32,000 nt of DNA, taken from positions 1,140,001 to 1,172,000 of the forward strand of contig NC_022093.1 in NCBI RefSeq assembly GCF_000446015.1. The letters are read 5' to 3'. Shown here one piece after another: positions 22,671 through 31,777 of this stretch. The DNA comes from Thermofilum adornatum. Its GTDB lineage: Archaea; Thermoproteota; Thermoprotei; Thermofilales; Thermofilaceae. Below the pieces are notes generated by a model, which saw only the letters and a program-made list of their open reading frames with translations, was not told the DNA's origin and did not search any database. Positions within the stretch are counted from its first letter, which is position 1. The number at the start of each line of letters is the position of its first letter. The position numbers and the translations under genes are program-made.

Positions 22671-22928
22671 CTAGAGACTATTCAAGGTTTTCTCTAGTTC
22701 CTCGATCGTAAGCTTGCTAAATTGAAGGATGGCTTGGACTTTGTCGGGCTTCAAGAGAGTTATTATAGCGTCTTGATATAGGCCCTTTACAAGCGGTCCA
22801 TAGCTCGCAGTGATTTTTCCATTTTTTCTGAGCCACTCCTCAATTTTACCCATGCAGCCTTCTTCTACAGCTAGAAGATAGGTTTTGCTTGATGCACAGA
22901 CAAGGCTAGTGTTTTTTACACATGTCAT
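22671..22928 (-). CDS. Hypothetical small protein (85 aa, or 60 aa from ATG 22853)
   Basis: ORF immediately upstream of the reductase on the same strand. No motif recognised. Confidence 0.35.
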   Translation of the reverse strand: MTCVKNTSLVCASSKTYLLAVEEGCMGKIEEWLRKNGKITASYGPLVKGLYQDAIITLLKPDKVQAILQFSKLTIEELEKTLNSL

Positions 22929-23224
22929 CTTTATCCTATCACTTCTTTGAAGAGGTAAGATATAAATCAGTTTGTTCTGAGAAAAGAAGAGTAACAGTTT
23001 TTATTAAAATAAGCTTAGCGTGCGGCCCTTGAAAACGCTATTGCACCAGGCAAAAAATTCTGTCGTAGCCTCAAAAATGGGCAGAGAACAGATAGAGGCA
23101 ACAGTATTCAGGCAAACAATCACTAGAATTATCCTACTTGCCAGTATCTTTGTTAGCGCTACTGCTTTAGCGGGCTTGTCGTTAACAATTTCTACTAGCT
23201 AAAATCTCAAGAATATAGAGTCAA

Positions 23225-23866
23225 ATGAAGCAGACCTATCTCATCTACGGCATCTTAGCAGTCATAATAAGCATAGTAATTTATTTCTTCCTAACAGGTT
23301 ACACTCGCAGCATAGACCCAACAGAGAAACTTGTAACAGCGCAGAAAGCCATATTCTCTTCAAAGGGCTGGGCCTTCCGGGAAGAAATAAACTTCACCTC
23401 AACAAGGCTCATAATTACTGGTAACGTTGATCTCGAGCACAACATCCTGAACACGACCATGGTGAAGCTTGAAAACGGCTTTCCATCGTTAACCTTGACT
23501 TTTGCAAATAGGACTGGAACATATGCAAATATTGAGGGGGGATGGATAAAAATAGGTGAGGGATGGGCACCAGAACAGACGATACTTTACAAATTGTTTA
23601 CCCTTGCAACAGAGTCTAGCAGTAAAACGTATAGAACTTATGACACGTCCAACCATATATTCTTCGAGGACAACTGTTCCAGTAGTTGCAAGGACTTGTT
23701 CAATACTCTTGAAAGCCTAGCATCCTCCAAGGGTATACAGCCCGAGAAGTACATAGGAATAGTAAGAATCGAAAAAGAAAGAGTCAAGACAATATATTTA
23801 GAATTCCTAGGCGGTAAAACGACTATTTGCTCTCTCATCTATAGCATCGAGAGTATAAAAAGCTGA
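23225..23866 (+). CDS. Hypothetical membrane-anchored (N-terminal TM) protein, probably extracellular (213 aa)
   Basis: N-terminal helix YLIYGILAVIISIVIYFFLTGY, followed by an Asn/Thr/Ser-rich soluble domain. Confidence 0.5.
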   Translation: MKQTYLIYGILAVIISIVIYFFLTGYTRSIDPTEKLVTAQKAIFSSKGWAFREEINFTSTRLIITGNVDLEHNILNTTMVKLENGFPSLTLTFANRTGTYANIEGGWIKIGEGWAPEQTILYKLFTLATESSSKTYRTYDTSNHIFFEDNCSSSCKDLFNTLESLASSKGIQPEKYIGIVRIEKERVKTIYLEFLGGKTTICSLIYSIESIKS

Positions 23867-23876
23867 AAACGCGGAA

Positions 23877-24212
23877 TTATTCAAAATTTATGCGGAATTC
23901 AAAACCGTACTTTTGGAAGCCAAGCTTTTCATACCACTCGTGTAACGCTTCACGGCCAAACCTACTCGTCGCTATCATTTTGTAGCATCCCTGTTTCTTT
24001 GCAAGCTCTATAGCTTCCAGGACTAGTTGTTTTCCAATCCCCCTGCCTCTGAAATCCTCCTTCACGTAGACGTCTTCAAGAAGCGCATAGGGCCTCTCGT
24101 GGAGATCGTTTTTAATGAGGTAGACATAGCAGTGCCCAACTTCCTCGCCATCAATCTTTAGAGAGAGTCTGAAACCCTTGCTATTTATTGGCTGTGCGTC
24201 TATGGAGGCCAT
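23877..24212 (-). CDS. GNAT-family N-acetyltransferase (111 aa)
   Basis: Acetyl-CoA-binding motif A: VKEDFRGRGIGKQLVLEAIELAKKQG. Confidence 0.85.
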   Translation of the reverse strand: MASIDAQPINSKGFRLSLKIDGEEVGHCYVYLIKNDLHERPYALLEDVYVKEDFRGRGIGKQLVLEAIELAKKQGCYKMIATSRFGREALHEWYEKLGFQKYGFEFRINFE

Positions 24213-24251
24213 CCTTTCTTCCCGGCTTGTTTTCTTTCTATATATTTCTTC

Positions 24252-25259
24252 TTACTCGTTTTGCATGTCTATTGTTGTCTCCAAGATGTCTGTTCCATAT
24301 TCGAGGATTCTCCTGTAGCTTCCAATGATGCTTCTAATCGTTGACACTTCTTCTGGGTGTTCCTGGGACAGCTTCCTGAATATTTCATTTTCAAAACTCT
24401 TTATCTCGACAGCATCCACGTCTAGTAGCTTGTTTGCGGTATCTTTATCACGGCCCATGAATGCCGAGAGAGCCGCCTTCACAAACTGTGCAGTTTTGTC
24501 GGACAATGCTACTAGGTCTTTAGCTATCCCCTTCTTGTCCTTTAGTTCTTCTATTGTTAAGGCTATAGAGACTGCGCGGTCCCCTATTCTTTCGAGGTTC
24601 TTTAAAACCATTGCATAGTGCAACACCTCATGAGGTCTCTGGAGCCCGATTTCTTCCAGGCTTATTATGCCTCTAAGCCCCGTGTGAAGTTGCCGAAGCC
24701 CGTATAGATAAAGTTTGTCAATAATGTCGTCTCGGGAAGAAATATCGCTAGGCAAGATTTTTTCATTGTTCTCGAGGGCGAGTCTCACGTCTGACAACAT
24801 GCTGAGGGAAACATCGAGCATTTTCATAAGTATTGAAGAAATAGGTAGATCCTCTACGTTGACAAGGATCTGTAGAACCATTTCCCTGGAATCCTCATGA
24901 AGAATCTCTACGCCTATAAGCTTCCTGGTAATGATGTCTCGAATCGCTTTCTTAAACTCCAGGTCCTCACTGGGAAACACAACCTTGATAGTCTTATAGC
25001 CAGTAAGGTACTTCGACATAATCTCCCTCAGGACAGAGCCCTGGCTCATTCCCTTTTTGACCCGTATCTCTGTAGATGCTAGTGGCTCAGGCCTCTTAGT
25101 ACTGGGGAAAAGCCTTATTGAACCATCGCTTTCAAGGGATAAAACCACGAGGCTTCCCTTATCTATGTTCATTTTTTCTGCCCACTCCTTGGGTATAGAC
25201 ACTATGAACGTCGAGCCCCCTGTCAGCTGTACCCTTCTAACGATTTTATTTGTTGCCAT
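24252..25259 (-). CDS. PhoU-domain regulator with an N-terminal AbrB/SpoVT-type DNA-binding domain (archaeal phosphate-uptake-regulator-like)
   Basis: SpoVT/AbrB pattern VRRVQLTGGSTFIVSIPKEWAEKMNIDKGS, followed by two PhoU-like helical repeats (...ERIGDRAVSIA...). I prefer ATG 25259 because the promoter-like AAATTTATAG (minus strand, 25286-25277) lies inside the longer 25304 version. Confidence 0.75.
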   Translation of the reverse strand: MATNKIVRRVQLTGGSTFIVSIPKEWAEKMNIDKGSLVVLSLESDGSIRLFPSTKRPEPLASTEIRVKKGMSQGSVLREIMSKYLTGYKTIKVVFPSEDLEFKKAIRDIITRKLIGVEILHEDSREMVLQILVNVEDLPISSILMKMLDVSLSMLSDVRLALENNEKILPSDISSRDDIIDKLYLYGLRQLHTGLRGIISLEEIGLQRPHEVLHYAMVLKNLERIGDRAVSIALTIEELKDKKGIAKDLVALSDKTAQFVKAALSAFMGRDKDTANKLLDVDAVEIKSFENEIFRKLSQEHPEEVSTIRSIIGSYRRILEYGTDILETTIDMQNE

Positions 25260-25639
25260 TTCACTCAATAAAGACTCTATAAATTTATATTTATATTTTT
25301 TCATACATAAATGCGAGAACCAATACCTTGCCCTACAATAGACTGATAAAACTGTTCAAATTATTCTTATACAAAACTAGAATATGTATTTTTACGAGGT
25401 GAAGATTCATTTAATAGCGATGTTACTAGAACTAAAAGGGAGTGGAACCCAAGGCTACCTATCAATTTTATTGGGACAATTTTTCCCTTTACATACTATA
25501 AACTTACCACATTTAGAAGTTTCGCAAATCCTCAATACTTACTGATAAAAGAACTACAATGAATGTATGATTTCCCGTATTAAGAAAAGGTATTAAGGAT
25601 TGTATATATGATTTTTTGTATATCTATATTCAGAGATAC
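25260..25639. promoter_or_regulatory. Long A/T-rich divergent control region between the PhoU-like regulator and the hydrogenase operon
   Basis: 380 nt without a convincing ORF. GTATATATGA at 25602-25611 is 29 nt upstream of ATG 25640. AAATTTATAG on the minus strand is 17 nt upstream of ATG 25259. Confidence 0.45.
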
Positions 25640-26062
25640 ATGACGAGCATAAACTCAAAGCTAGGTTTTAGAAAGAAAAGTCTCTGGGTATACCATTTCA
25701 ACTCGGGTGGATGTAATGGATGCGACATTGAATTTGTCGCTTCACTAACACCAAGATTTGACCTAGAAAGATATGGAGTCCAATTGGTTCCAAGCCCCAG
25801 ACACGCAGACGTACTAGTTGTCACTGGCCCAGTTACTAAAAACTCCGAGGGTGCCTTAAAGACTATTTATGACCAAATTCCCGAGCCAAAAATTGTAATA
25901 GCCTTTGGAACATGTGCATGTAGCGGAGGAGTATTTAACAATTGTTACAATATTCTCGGAGGCGCCGACAAAGTTGTCCCCGTAGATATCAAGGTTCCGG
26001 GTTGTCCACCAAAACCTGAGGCCCTCGTAGAACTTCTAAAGAAATTGACCTTGGGTGACTAG
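25640..26062 (+). CDS. Group-4 [NiFe]-hydrogenase small subunit / NuoB-like (MbhJ/EchC-type)
   Basis: Proximal [4Fe-4S] ligand pattern GGCNGCDIE ... GTCACSGG ... PGCPP. I prefer ATG 25640 over TTG 25616. Confidence 0.9.
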   Translation: MTSINSKLGFRKKSLWVYHFNSGGCNGCDIEFVASLTPRFDLERYGVQLVPSPRHADVLVVTGPVTKNSEGALKTIYDQIPEPKIVIAFGTCACSGGVFNNCYNILGGADKVVPVDIKVPGCPPKPEALVELLKKLTLGD

Positions 26063-26065
26063 CAC

Positions 26066-27679
26066 ATGAGTGGGAAAATCCAAAGCAAAATGTTTGTAGA
26101 GCCAGGCACAATTTTAGATATTCTAAAAAAGGAAGTAGACAATGGATTCAACCACCTTGTTACAGTAACAGCTGTTGATCTAAAGGAAAGTATCGAGCTA
26201 ATATACCACCTAAGCGACCTAAAGGGCAACATAAAGCACGTGTCAACAAGGATTCCTAGGGATAAACCCGAAATAGCAACCGTCACGACCCTTATTCCTG
26301 GGGCAGACTTTTATGAACGAGAAATAACTGACTTATTTGGCATATCATTTTATGGGAAGCAGACTACTACTGGTCGGTTTATTTTACCAGAATGTTACCC
26401 ACCCGGTTCTCCCCCACCATTGTTAAAGAATGTCGATTCAAATCAAGTGAAAGATACTTTAGCCAAACAGGAGACCTGCGAATTCAAAGCTACAACTTTG
26501 CATGCACCATTATCGCCTGAAAGCGTCGTCGTCCCGGTTGGACCATATCATCCCGCCTTTAAGGAGCCAGAATACTTTAGCCTCGTCACAGACGGAGAAA
26601 GAATAGTCAAGGCATTTTTAAGGATAGGCTTTGTCCACAGGGGAATCGAGAAGGCAGCCGAGACTCGTAGCTATCTTAGGGACATTTTCCTGCTAGAAAG
26701 GGTATGCGGGATATGCAGTGCCTCGCATTCTTGGTGCTTTGTCGAAGCCGTTGAAAAACTACTCGGCGTAGAGCCACCTAGCAGGGCAACCTATCTCAGG
26801 ACAATAGTTGCAGAACTAGAAAGAATACACTCTCACTCCTTGTGGCTAGGTCTAGTAGGCTACTGGATAGGCTTCGAATCCATGTTTATGTGGGTTTGGG
26901 GCATACGTGAAGAAATAATGAATCTAATGGAAGAGATTTCTGGGAATCGTGTCCATAAGTCATTTGTGACTATTGGAGGTGTCAGGCGTGACGTCAGCGA
27001 TTCTCTATTGAGAAAGATACAGGAGAGAACAAAGGAATTTGGCAAACAGTTCGAAAATCTTTTGGACACACTGGTAAGTTCGGAGGAAGTTATAGAGAGG
27101 ACAAAGGGTATAGGAAAATATGACATAGAGGTTGCGAGAAAGTTCTGCACAGTGGGGCCCGTGAGGAGAGCCGCTGGCGAATTATTTGACGTAAGGAAGC
27201 TTGAACCGTACGGTGCTTATACCGAAGTCGACTTCGAGGTGCCTACCGAGGAAGAGGGAGATGTATACAGCTTGATCAAGATACGTGTTAAGGAGGTTCT
27301 TGAGTCTATCAACATAATCCACCAATTGATCGAGAAAATGCCCTCTGGGAATCCTGTGCCATCGCGATACTTTATGGGTACAGTTCCAGAGGGCGAAGCA
27401 TATGGTAGGATTGAGGCACCAAGGGGCGAGCTATTCTACTATGTAAAGGCAAATAATACACATAATCCTTACCGGGTCAAGATTAGAACACCTACACTTG
27501 CAAATATACAGCTCGTGGCTAATATTCTCGAGGGATACTCAATATCAGACTTCCCCGTAATCGTGACCAGTATAGACCCATGCTTCAGTTGTATGGACAG
27601 GGTAACGGTTATCAACAGTTCAACAGGGGAAAAGACCGTTCTACCAGTAAAACTATTGAAAGAAAAAAGGAGAAGGTGA
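26066..27679 (+). CDS. Fusion of a NuoC-like subunit (N-terminal ~150 aa) with the [NiFe]-hydrogenase large subunit (NuoD/MbhL/EchE-like)
   Basis: NuoC-like segment: TAVDL...IYHL...ADFYEREITDLFGI. NiFe-site motifs are intact: RVCGICSASH (~26698-26730) and DPCFSCMDR (~27575-27601), followed by a 25-aa C-terminal extension. GGTGAC lies upstream of the ATG. Confidence 0.9.
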   Translation: MSGKIQSKMFVEPGTILDILKKEVDNGFNHLVTVTAVDLKESIELIYHLSDLKGNIKHVSTRIPRDKPEIATVTTLIPGADFYEREITDLFGISFYGKQTTTGRFILPECYPPGSPPPLLKNVDSNQVKDTLAKQETCEFKATTLHAPLSPESVVVPVGPYHPAFKEPEYFSLVTDGERIVKAFLRIGFVHRGIEKAAETRSYLRDIFLLERVCGICSASHSWCFVEAVEKLLGVEPPSRATYLRTIVAELERIHSHSLWLGLVGYWIGFESMFMWVWGIREEIMNLMEEISGNRVHKSFVTIGGVRRDVSDSLLRKIQERTKEFGKQFENLLDTLVSSEEVIERTKGIGKYDIEVARKFCTVGPVRRAAGELFDVRKLEPYGAYTEVDFEVPTEEEGDVYSLIKIRVKEVLESINIIHQLIEKMPSGNPVPSRYFMGTVPEGEAYGRIEAPRGELFYYVKANNTHNPYRVKIRTPTLANIQLVANILEGYSISDFPVIVTSIDPCFSCMDRVTVINSSTGEKTVLPVKLLKEKRRR

Positions 27680-27684
27680 TTTAA

Positions 27685-28395
27685 ATGAACAAGTTGAGGG
27701 CAAGACTTGAGATAATTACATCTGCCATTAGGAACCTTCTGTCGACACCTATCACCCAGCCCCTTGCTACAAGCCTCCAGGATCAGCAAGTGAGGGGTAT
27801 ACCCATGCTTGATAGCGAGAAATGCCTAGGATGCGGTTTGTGTGCAAGGTCTTGTCCACCCGGAGCCATAACGATGGTTCCTGGAGGTAAGAAGGTAATC
27901 GCTGGGAAAGAAGTCCAAAGAAATATTCCAAGCTTCAATTATTATCAATGCATATACTGTGGGTTATGTGCTGATGTTTGCCCGGGAAAAGCCATAACAA
28001 TGGTCAAGAAGCAACCAGTAGAAATCATCTCTTTATCCCTTGTGGCTATACCTATTACGGATATTGAAGCCCTTAAGGTTCTTTTTGCGTTTATCTCTCT
28101 CTTGTTCTTGAATTTCCTTATCTACTGGATTTCAGGAAAAATTGCACCGAAAGGAAAACATTCCAGCAAGGCAGAAGAACCGTTTACAGGAGGTGTTGCT
28201 ACAAAACTTCCAGTATATAGATACCACATAGACGAGCTCTACATATTCATTGTGCTATTTACGATGTTAGAGGTTGCCTCCTTCATATTGATACTGGAGA
28301 GTTCTTTAAGTAGCACGTTTTTCTTGTCCTTATTATTCCTGGCCTATTTACTCATTTTGACTCTTAATCTACTTCACAGGGGTGTTGAAAAATGA
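27685..28395 (+). CDS. 2x[4Fe-4S] ferredoxin subunit (NuoI/MbhN-like) fused to a 3-TM NuoA/ND3-like membrane domain
   Basis: CLGCGLCARSCP and CIYCGLCADVCP. The C-terminal half has TM1, a loop with EEPFTGG (compare NuoA PFESG), then YIFIVLFTMLEVASFIL (compare NuoA FFVIFDVEALYL). GGTGA is 8 nt upstream of the ATG. Confidence 0.75.
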   Translation: MNKLRARLEIITSAIRNLLSTPITQPLATSLQDQQVRGIPMLDSEKCLGCGLCARSCPPGAITMVPGGKKVIAGKEVQRNIPSFNYYQCIYCGLCADVCPGKAITMVKKQPVEIISLSLVAIPITDIEALKVLFAFISLLFLNFLIYWISGKIAPKGKHSSKAEEPFTGGVATKLPVYRYHIDELYIFIVLFTMLEVASFILILESSLSSTFFLSLLFLAYLLILTLNLLHRGVEK

Positions 28396-29366
28396 CGAGC
28401 CTTCTTGATGAAGTGTTTACTGTCCTGGTTTTCCCGGGTTTCATCTTTTCAGTAGTTATGGCCTTCTGGTTTGAATATCTAGAGCGCAAGATAACTGCAC
28501 GCGTCCAAAAAAGAGTTGGACCACTGATTACTGGGCCCAGGGGACTTCTTCAGCCCTTCATAGACGTAGTAAAGTTGCTCTTTAAGGAAGAAATTGTTCC
28601 CAAAGGAACAGATATCTTCGCTTTCCGCATTGCTCCGGTTCTCGCAGTTACAATACCAGTGTTTGGAATGTGTTTCATACCGATAATTTCATGGAAAACA
28701 CCACTTTCGTTTCAAGCCGACTTCCTGCTTGTCTTCCTGCTTTTAGCTCTAAGTCTCCTAAACGTTGCTTTAACTGGATACTCCGTTCTCAGCCCATACA
28801 CCTCTATGGGTGTCGGTCGGCTCCTGGTTCAGTACTCAATGTACGAGGGCATTTTTCTCTTATCACTTATCTCTGCCATGATCCAGACCCAGACAATAAG
28901 CTTTGAAGGTCTACTTAGGTACCAATCTATAAAAGGGCCGTTGATACTTTATCAGCCAATAAGCTTTGTCTGTGCATTGCTTGCATTGCTTGCAAAACTC
29001 GAGAAAAGGCCTTTCGACCTGCCACATGCAAAACAAGAAATAGTTGCAGGATGGGAAACAGAGCTCAGCGGAAGAGGTCTCGCATTTATTCGGCTCTATA
29101 CAGATTTGAGCATGGTTTGGGGCATATCCCTACTAGTAATAGTCTTTCTTGGCGGTCCACTTGGCCCCGGCTTTAATTCATTGATGCCCGTTGCTGGATT
29201 TACTTGGTTTGCAATAAAAGCGCTTGGTCTCACTATCTTGCTCACAGTTATTAGCGCGTCTACCGGAAGAATAAGAGTCTATGGATTGGCGGACATTTTC
29301 TGGGAAAGGCTATATCCCTTGCTTCTTGTTCAGCTCTTGATTTCCTATTTTTTGAGGTGGTTGTAA
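28392..29366 (+). CDS. NuoH/ND1-like membrane subunit (MbhM/EchB-type)
   Basis: N-terminal ERKITARVQKRVGP motif typical of NuoH/HycD, and about 8 TM segments. ATGA overlap with the upstream gene. Confidence 0.85.
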   Translation: MTSLLDEVFTVLVFPGFIFSVVMAFWFEYLERKITARVQKRVGPLITGPRGLLQPFIDVVKLLFKEEIVPKGTDIFAFRIAPVLAVTIPVFGMCFIPIISWKTPLSFQADFLLVFLLLALSLLNVALTGYSVLSPYTSMGVGRLLVQYSMYEGIFLLSLISAMIQTQTISFEGLLRYQSIKGPLILYQPISFVCALLALLAKLEKRPFDLPHAKQEIVAGWETELSGRGLAFIRLYTDLSMVWGISLLVIVFLGGPLGPGFNSLMPVAGFTWFAIKALGLTILLTVISASTGRIRVYGLADIFWERLYPLLLVQLLISYFLRWL

Positions 29367-29367
29367 A

Positions 29368-29811
29368 ATGATGGAACTAGTATTCGCGTTTTTCGGGACA
29401 ATTTTCATAATAGGTGGCTTGCTCAGTAAAAGGATAACACCAGCATTACTGCTCTTGGCTCTTGGGACAACATTTGTAGCTCTCGCTATCGGTCTCCTAG
29501 TCAATACAACGGCTGGCTTACTTGTGTCAACTGTTTTTGCAGGTGCATTGGTAGCGTTAATGGCGCTATGGCTAATAATAGCAGAAGAGGAAACGACTAG
29601 AGCAGACCCAATCAATGTTTTATCTTTGGTCTTTATGGTCTTGCTCTGGTTTGCTCTAATGGTATTCATAGCCTTCAAATATCACCCAACGAGAAACCCA
29701 TACCTCTACATAAGAAACATGACCGAAACAGATCTTGAGCTTGTTTTTCTAGCTATGTTGGTTTCTGTTACGGGCGCTCTTTACCTTTTGAGAGGTGATA
29801 AACATGAATGA
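29368..29811 (+). CDS. Small polytopic membrane subunit, NuoJ-like by position and topology
   Basis: 147 aa with 4-5 hydrophobic helices. GAGGTGG upstream. Positioned between the H-like and K-like genes as in nuo operons. Sequence-level support is weak. Confidence 0.5.
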   Translation: MMELVFAFFGTIFIIGGLLSKRITPALLLLALGTTFVALAIGLLVNTTAGLLVSTVFAGALVALMALWLIIAEEETTRADPINVLSLVFMVLLWFALMVFIAFKYHPTRNPYLYIRNMTETDLELVFLAMLVSVTGALYLLRGDKHE

Positions 29812-30103
29812 ACAATTAATCCTCATAGGGCTAGGTGGAGTACTAGCCGTCTCGGGACTCTGTATTGTTGCCGCTACAAGAAACCTTATTAAAATAGCGA
29901 TGGGCATGCAGGCCATCATCCTAGGCTCACTCTTGATTACTGCCGTAGCTTTAAACAGTTTGCCAGAACCAAACGTCGATCCAGTTCTTCTAGTGACCTC
30001 TGTATGTGCTGCATCGGAGACAGTTTCGCTCTCAATACTCTATTTGGCTAGAGAAAAACACAGAACGATTGATCCTCAAAAAATCTCTAAGTTAAAGGGG
30101 TGA
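29804..30103 (+). CDS. NuoK/MnhC-like membrane subunit
   Basis: About 100 aa with three TM helices. It has a mid-membrane Glu (AASETVSLSI) and a C-terminal pattern like NuoK. ATG 29804 overlaps the upstream stop by 8 nt; GTG 29795 is the alternative. Confidence 0.65.
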   Translation: MNEQLILIGLGGVLAVSGLCIVAATRNLIKIAMGMQAIILGSLLITAVALNSLPEPNVDPVLLVTSVCAASETVSLSILYLAREKHRTIDPQKISKLKG

Positions 30104-30108
30104 GATGA

Positions 30109-31776
30109 ATGAATCCATTGTACGTTCCAGTGTTGCTTTTCGCTGGGAGCCTCTTTAATCTGATAGTGGGTCGTTTATCAAGAAAACTATGTGAGGCAGT
30201 ATCGGTTCTCATCACGGGTTTAGCTGCTGTTCTGTCTATTTACTTTTTCCTGTGTCCCATCGAAAACGGCTCGTTCCTGCCGATATATACTGATGGTATT
30301 TCTCGCTTAATGCTCCTAGTAGTCAACTCTCTGGGCGCACTTATAACACTTTACAGTGTTGGCTACATGGCTAATGATACGGGCTACACGAGGTACTATA
30401 CCCTGATTCTTCTCTTCATAGGCTCCATGTCTTGGCTTGTCTTAACCAGGGACCTAGTCCAGCTATACATATTCTGGGAAATGGTTGGTGTATGTAGCGC
30501 TTTACTCATTGCTTTTTGGTGGGAAAAGCCTGAAGCCAGGAGAGCCGGCCTCAAAGCCTTTACTGTTACGAGAATAGGGGATATCGGTTTGTTGCTGGCT
30601 ATAGCCTTAGCTGTTTGGCAGCTAAATACTACGGACATTTCTCAGCTCATAACTGCCCTCTCCAGTAATCAAGATCTTTCCGTACTCTTCTGCACCTTAC
30701 TCTTTGTCGCCGCTATTGGTAAGTCTGCACAGTTTCCACTGTTTGTCTGGTTGCCTGACGCAATGGAGGGTCCAACATCTGTAAGTGCACTTATCCACGC
30801 AGCCACGATGGTAAAGGCGGGCGTCTACCTCATAGCCAGATTCTACCCAGTAATCCAGCTAATCCCAGAAGTCCAGCACACAATTTCAACGATAGCTCTC
30901 ATAACAATATTTATCTCTGCTATAGCCGCTCTCGGAGCATTCGATATCAAAAAGGTTCTAGCATATAGCACGATCAATCATCTGGCACTCATGTTTCTCG
31001 CGCTCGGAGCAGGCTCGCTAACCGCCGCAATATTCCATCTGTTTTCTCACTCACTCTTTAAGGCTCTTCTATTCCTCACTGCCGGCATAATTATACATGA
31101 GACTGGGACCAGAAGCCTGGACGAAGTTTCTGGGCTGTGGGCAAGCGGCCTCAAGATTTTGGGAATAGCGTTCTTTGTTGGGGCATTAAGCCTGGCAGGG
31201 ATACCTCCACTTTCAGGATTCGTCACAAAAGAAATGGTGCTAGAATCAATGGAACACTTGTTCCCAGAGGAGACAGTAAACTTGTTATCATTCATTATAT
31301 GTCTCCTTTCATCGCTCTACATATTCAGGCTTTTCTTCAGGCTTTTCGTAGGGCATTCGACTCGGCATCTACATGAGAACATAGACACTATGGTTGTAGC
31401 TGTAAGCGTCCTCATCCTATTGACACTGATGGCAACAGTCCTTATTTACCCAATTTCTAGCATTATTGGTCTAAACATAGGAGAACTCAAAGTCAACCTC
31501 TATGCGCTAACTGGAACCTTCTTAGGGCTCTTGATAGCCTACCTCGTGTGGTGCACGAATAAATTCACTATGCTAAGAGTTTCCCTAAAGCCCTCTGGCA
31601 GAATAGCTGACCAAGCATTCTATATAGATAGGCTATACACGTTTATAGCAAAGAAAGCCCTGAACATATTGTCGGAGCTATCTACAAGCCTACAAACAGG
31701 GAACCCATCAGTCAATACTCTTTGGCTTATAAGTCTGCTTCTTATCCTACTCATATTTATCTTAGGGGTGATTTAA
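30109..31776 (+). CDS. NuoL/MrpA-like antiporter-type membrane subunit (MbhH-like)
   Basis: 555 aa and polytopic. Contains proton-pumping-module motifs: WEMVGVCSALLIAFW, KSAQFPLFVWLPDAMEGPT and HAATMVKAGVYL. Confidence 0.85.
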   Translation: MNPLYVPVLLFAGSLFNLIVGRLSRKLCEAVSVLITGLAAVLSIYFFLCPIENGSFLPIYTDGISRLMLLVVNSLGALITLYSVGYMANDTGYTRYYTLILLFIGSMSWLVLTRDLVQLYIFWEMVGVCSALLIAFWWEKPEARRAGLKAFTVTRIGDIGLLLAIALAVWQLNTTDISQLITALSSNQDLSVLFCTLLFVAAIGKSAQFPLFVWLPDAMEGPTSVSALIHAATMVKAGVYLIARFYPVIQLIPEVQHTISTIALITIFISAIAALGAFDIKKVLAYSTINHLALMFLALGAGSLTAAIFHLFSHSLFKALLFLTAGIIIHETGTRSLDEVSGLWASGLKILGIAFFVGALSLAGIPPLSGFVTKEMVLESMEHLFPEETVNLLSFIICLLSSLYIFRLFFRLFVGHSTRHLHENIDTMVVAVSVLILLTLMATVLIYPISSIIGLNIGELKVNLYALTGTFLGLLIAYLVWCTNKFTMLRVSLKPSGRIADQAFYIDRLYTFIAKKALNILSELSTSLQTGNPSVNTLWLISLLLILLIFILGVI

Positions 31777-31777
31777 A

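Noticed and set aside
23020-23202. 60-aa GTG-initiated ORF (or 41 aa from ATG 23077) with one hydrophobic segment, upstream of the 213-aa membrane-anchored protein
   Set aside because: It is too short and has no motifs. The GTG is too close to the TATA-like TTATTAAAATAAG at 23001-23013. It could be a real micro-protein, but I cannot support that from sequence alone.
25616-25639. TTG-initiated 8-codon extension (MYIYIQRY) of the hydrogenase small subunit
   Set aside because: It is a translation of A/T-rich promoter-like sequence. ATG 25640 is correctly spaced from GTATATATGA.
29310-29678. 122-aa minus-strand ORF inside the hydrogenase membrane-subunit genes (with similar ones at 26059-26286, 26860-27150, 27469-27789, 30396-30638 and 31047-31295)
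   Set aside because: They are antisense to a contiguous, SD-linked operon with recognisable Nuo/Mbh motifs. No motifs of their own were found.
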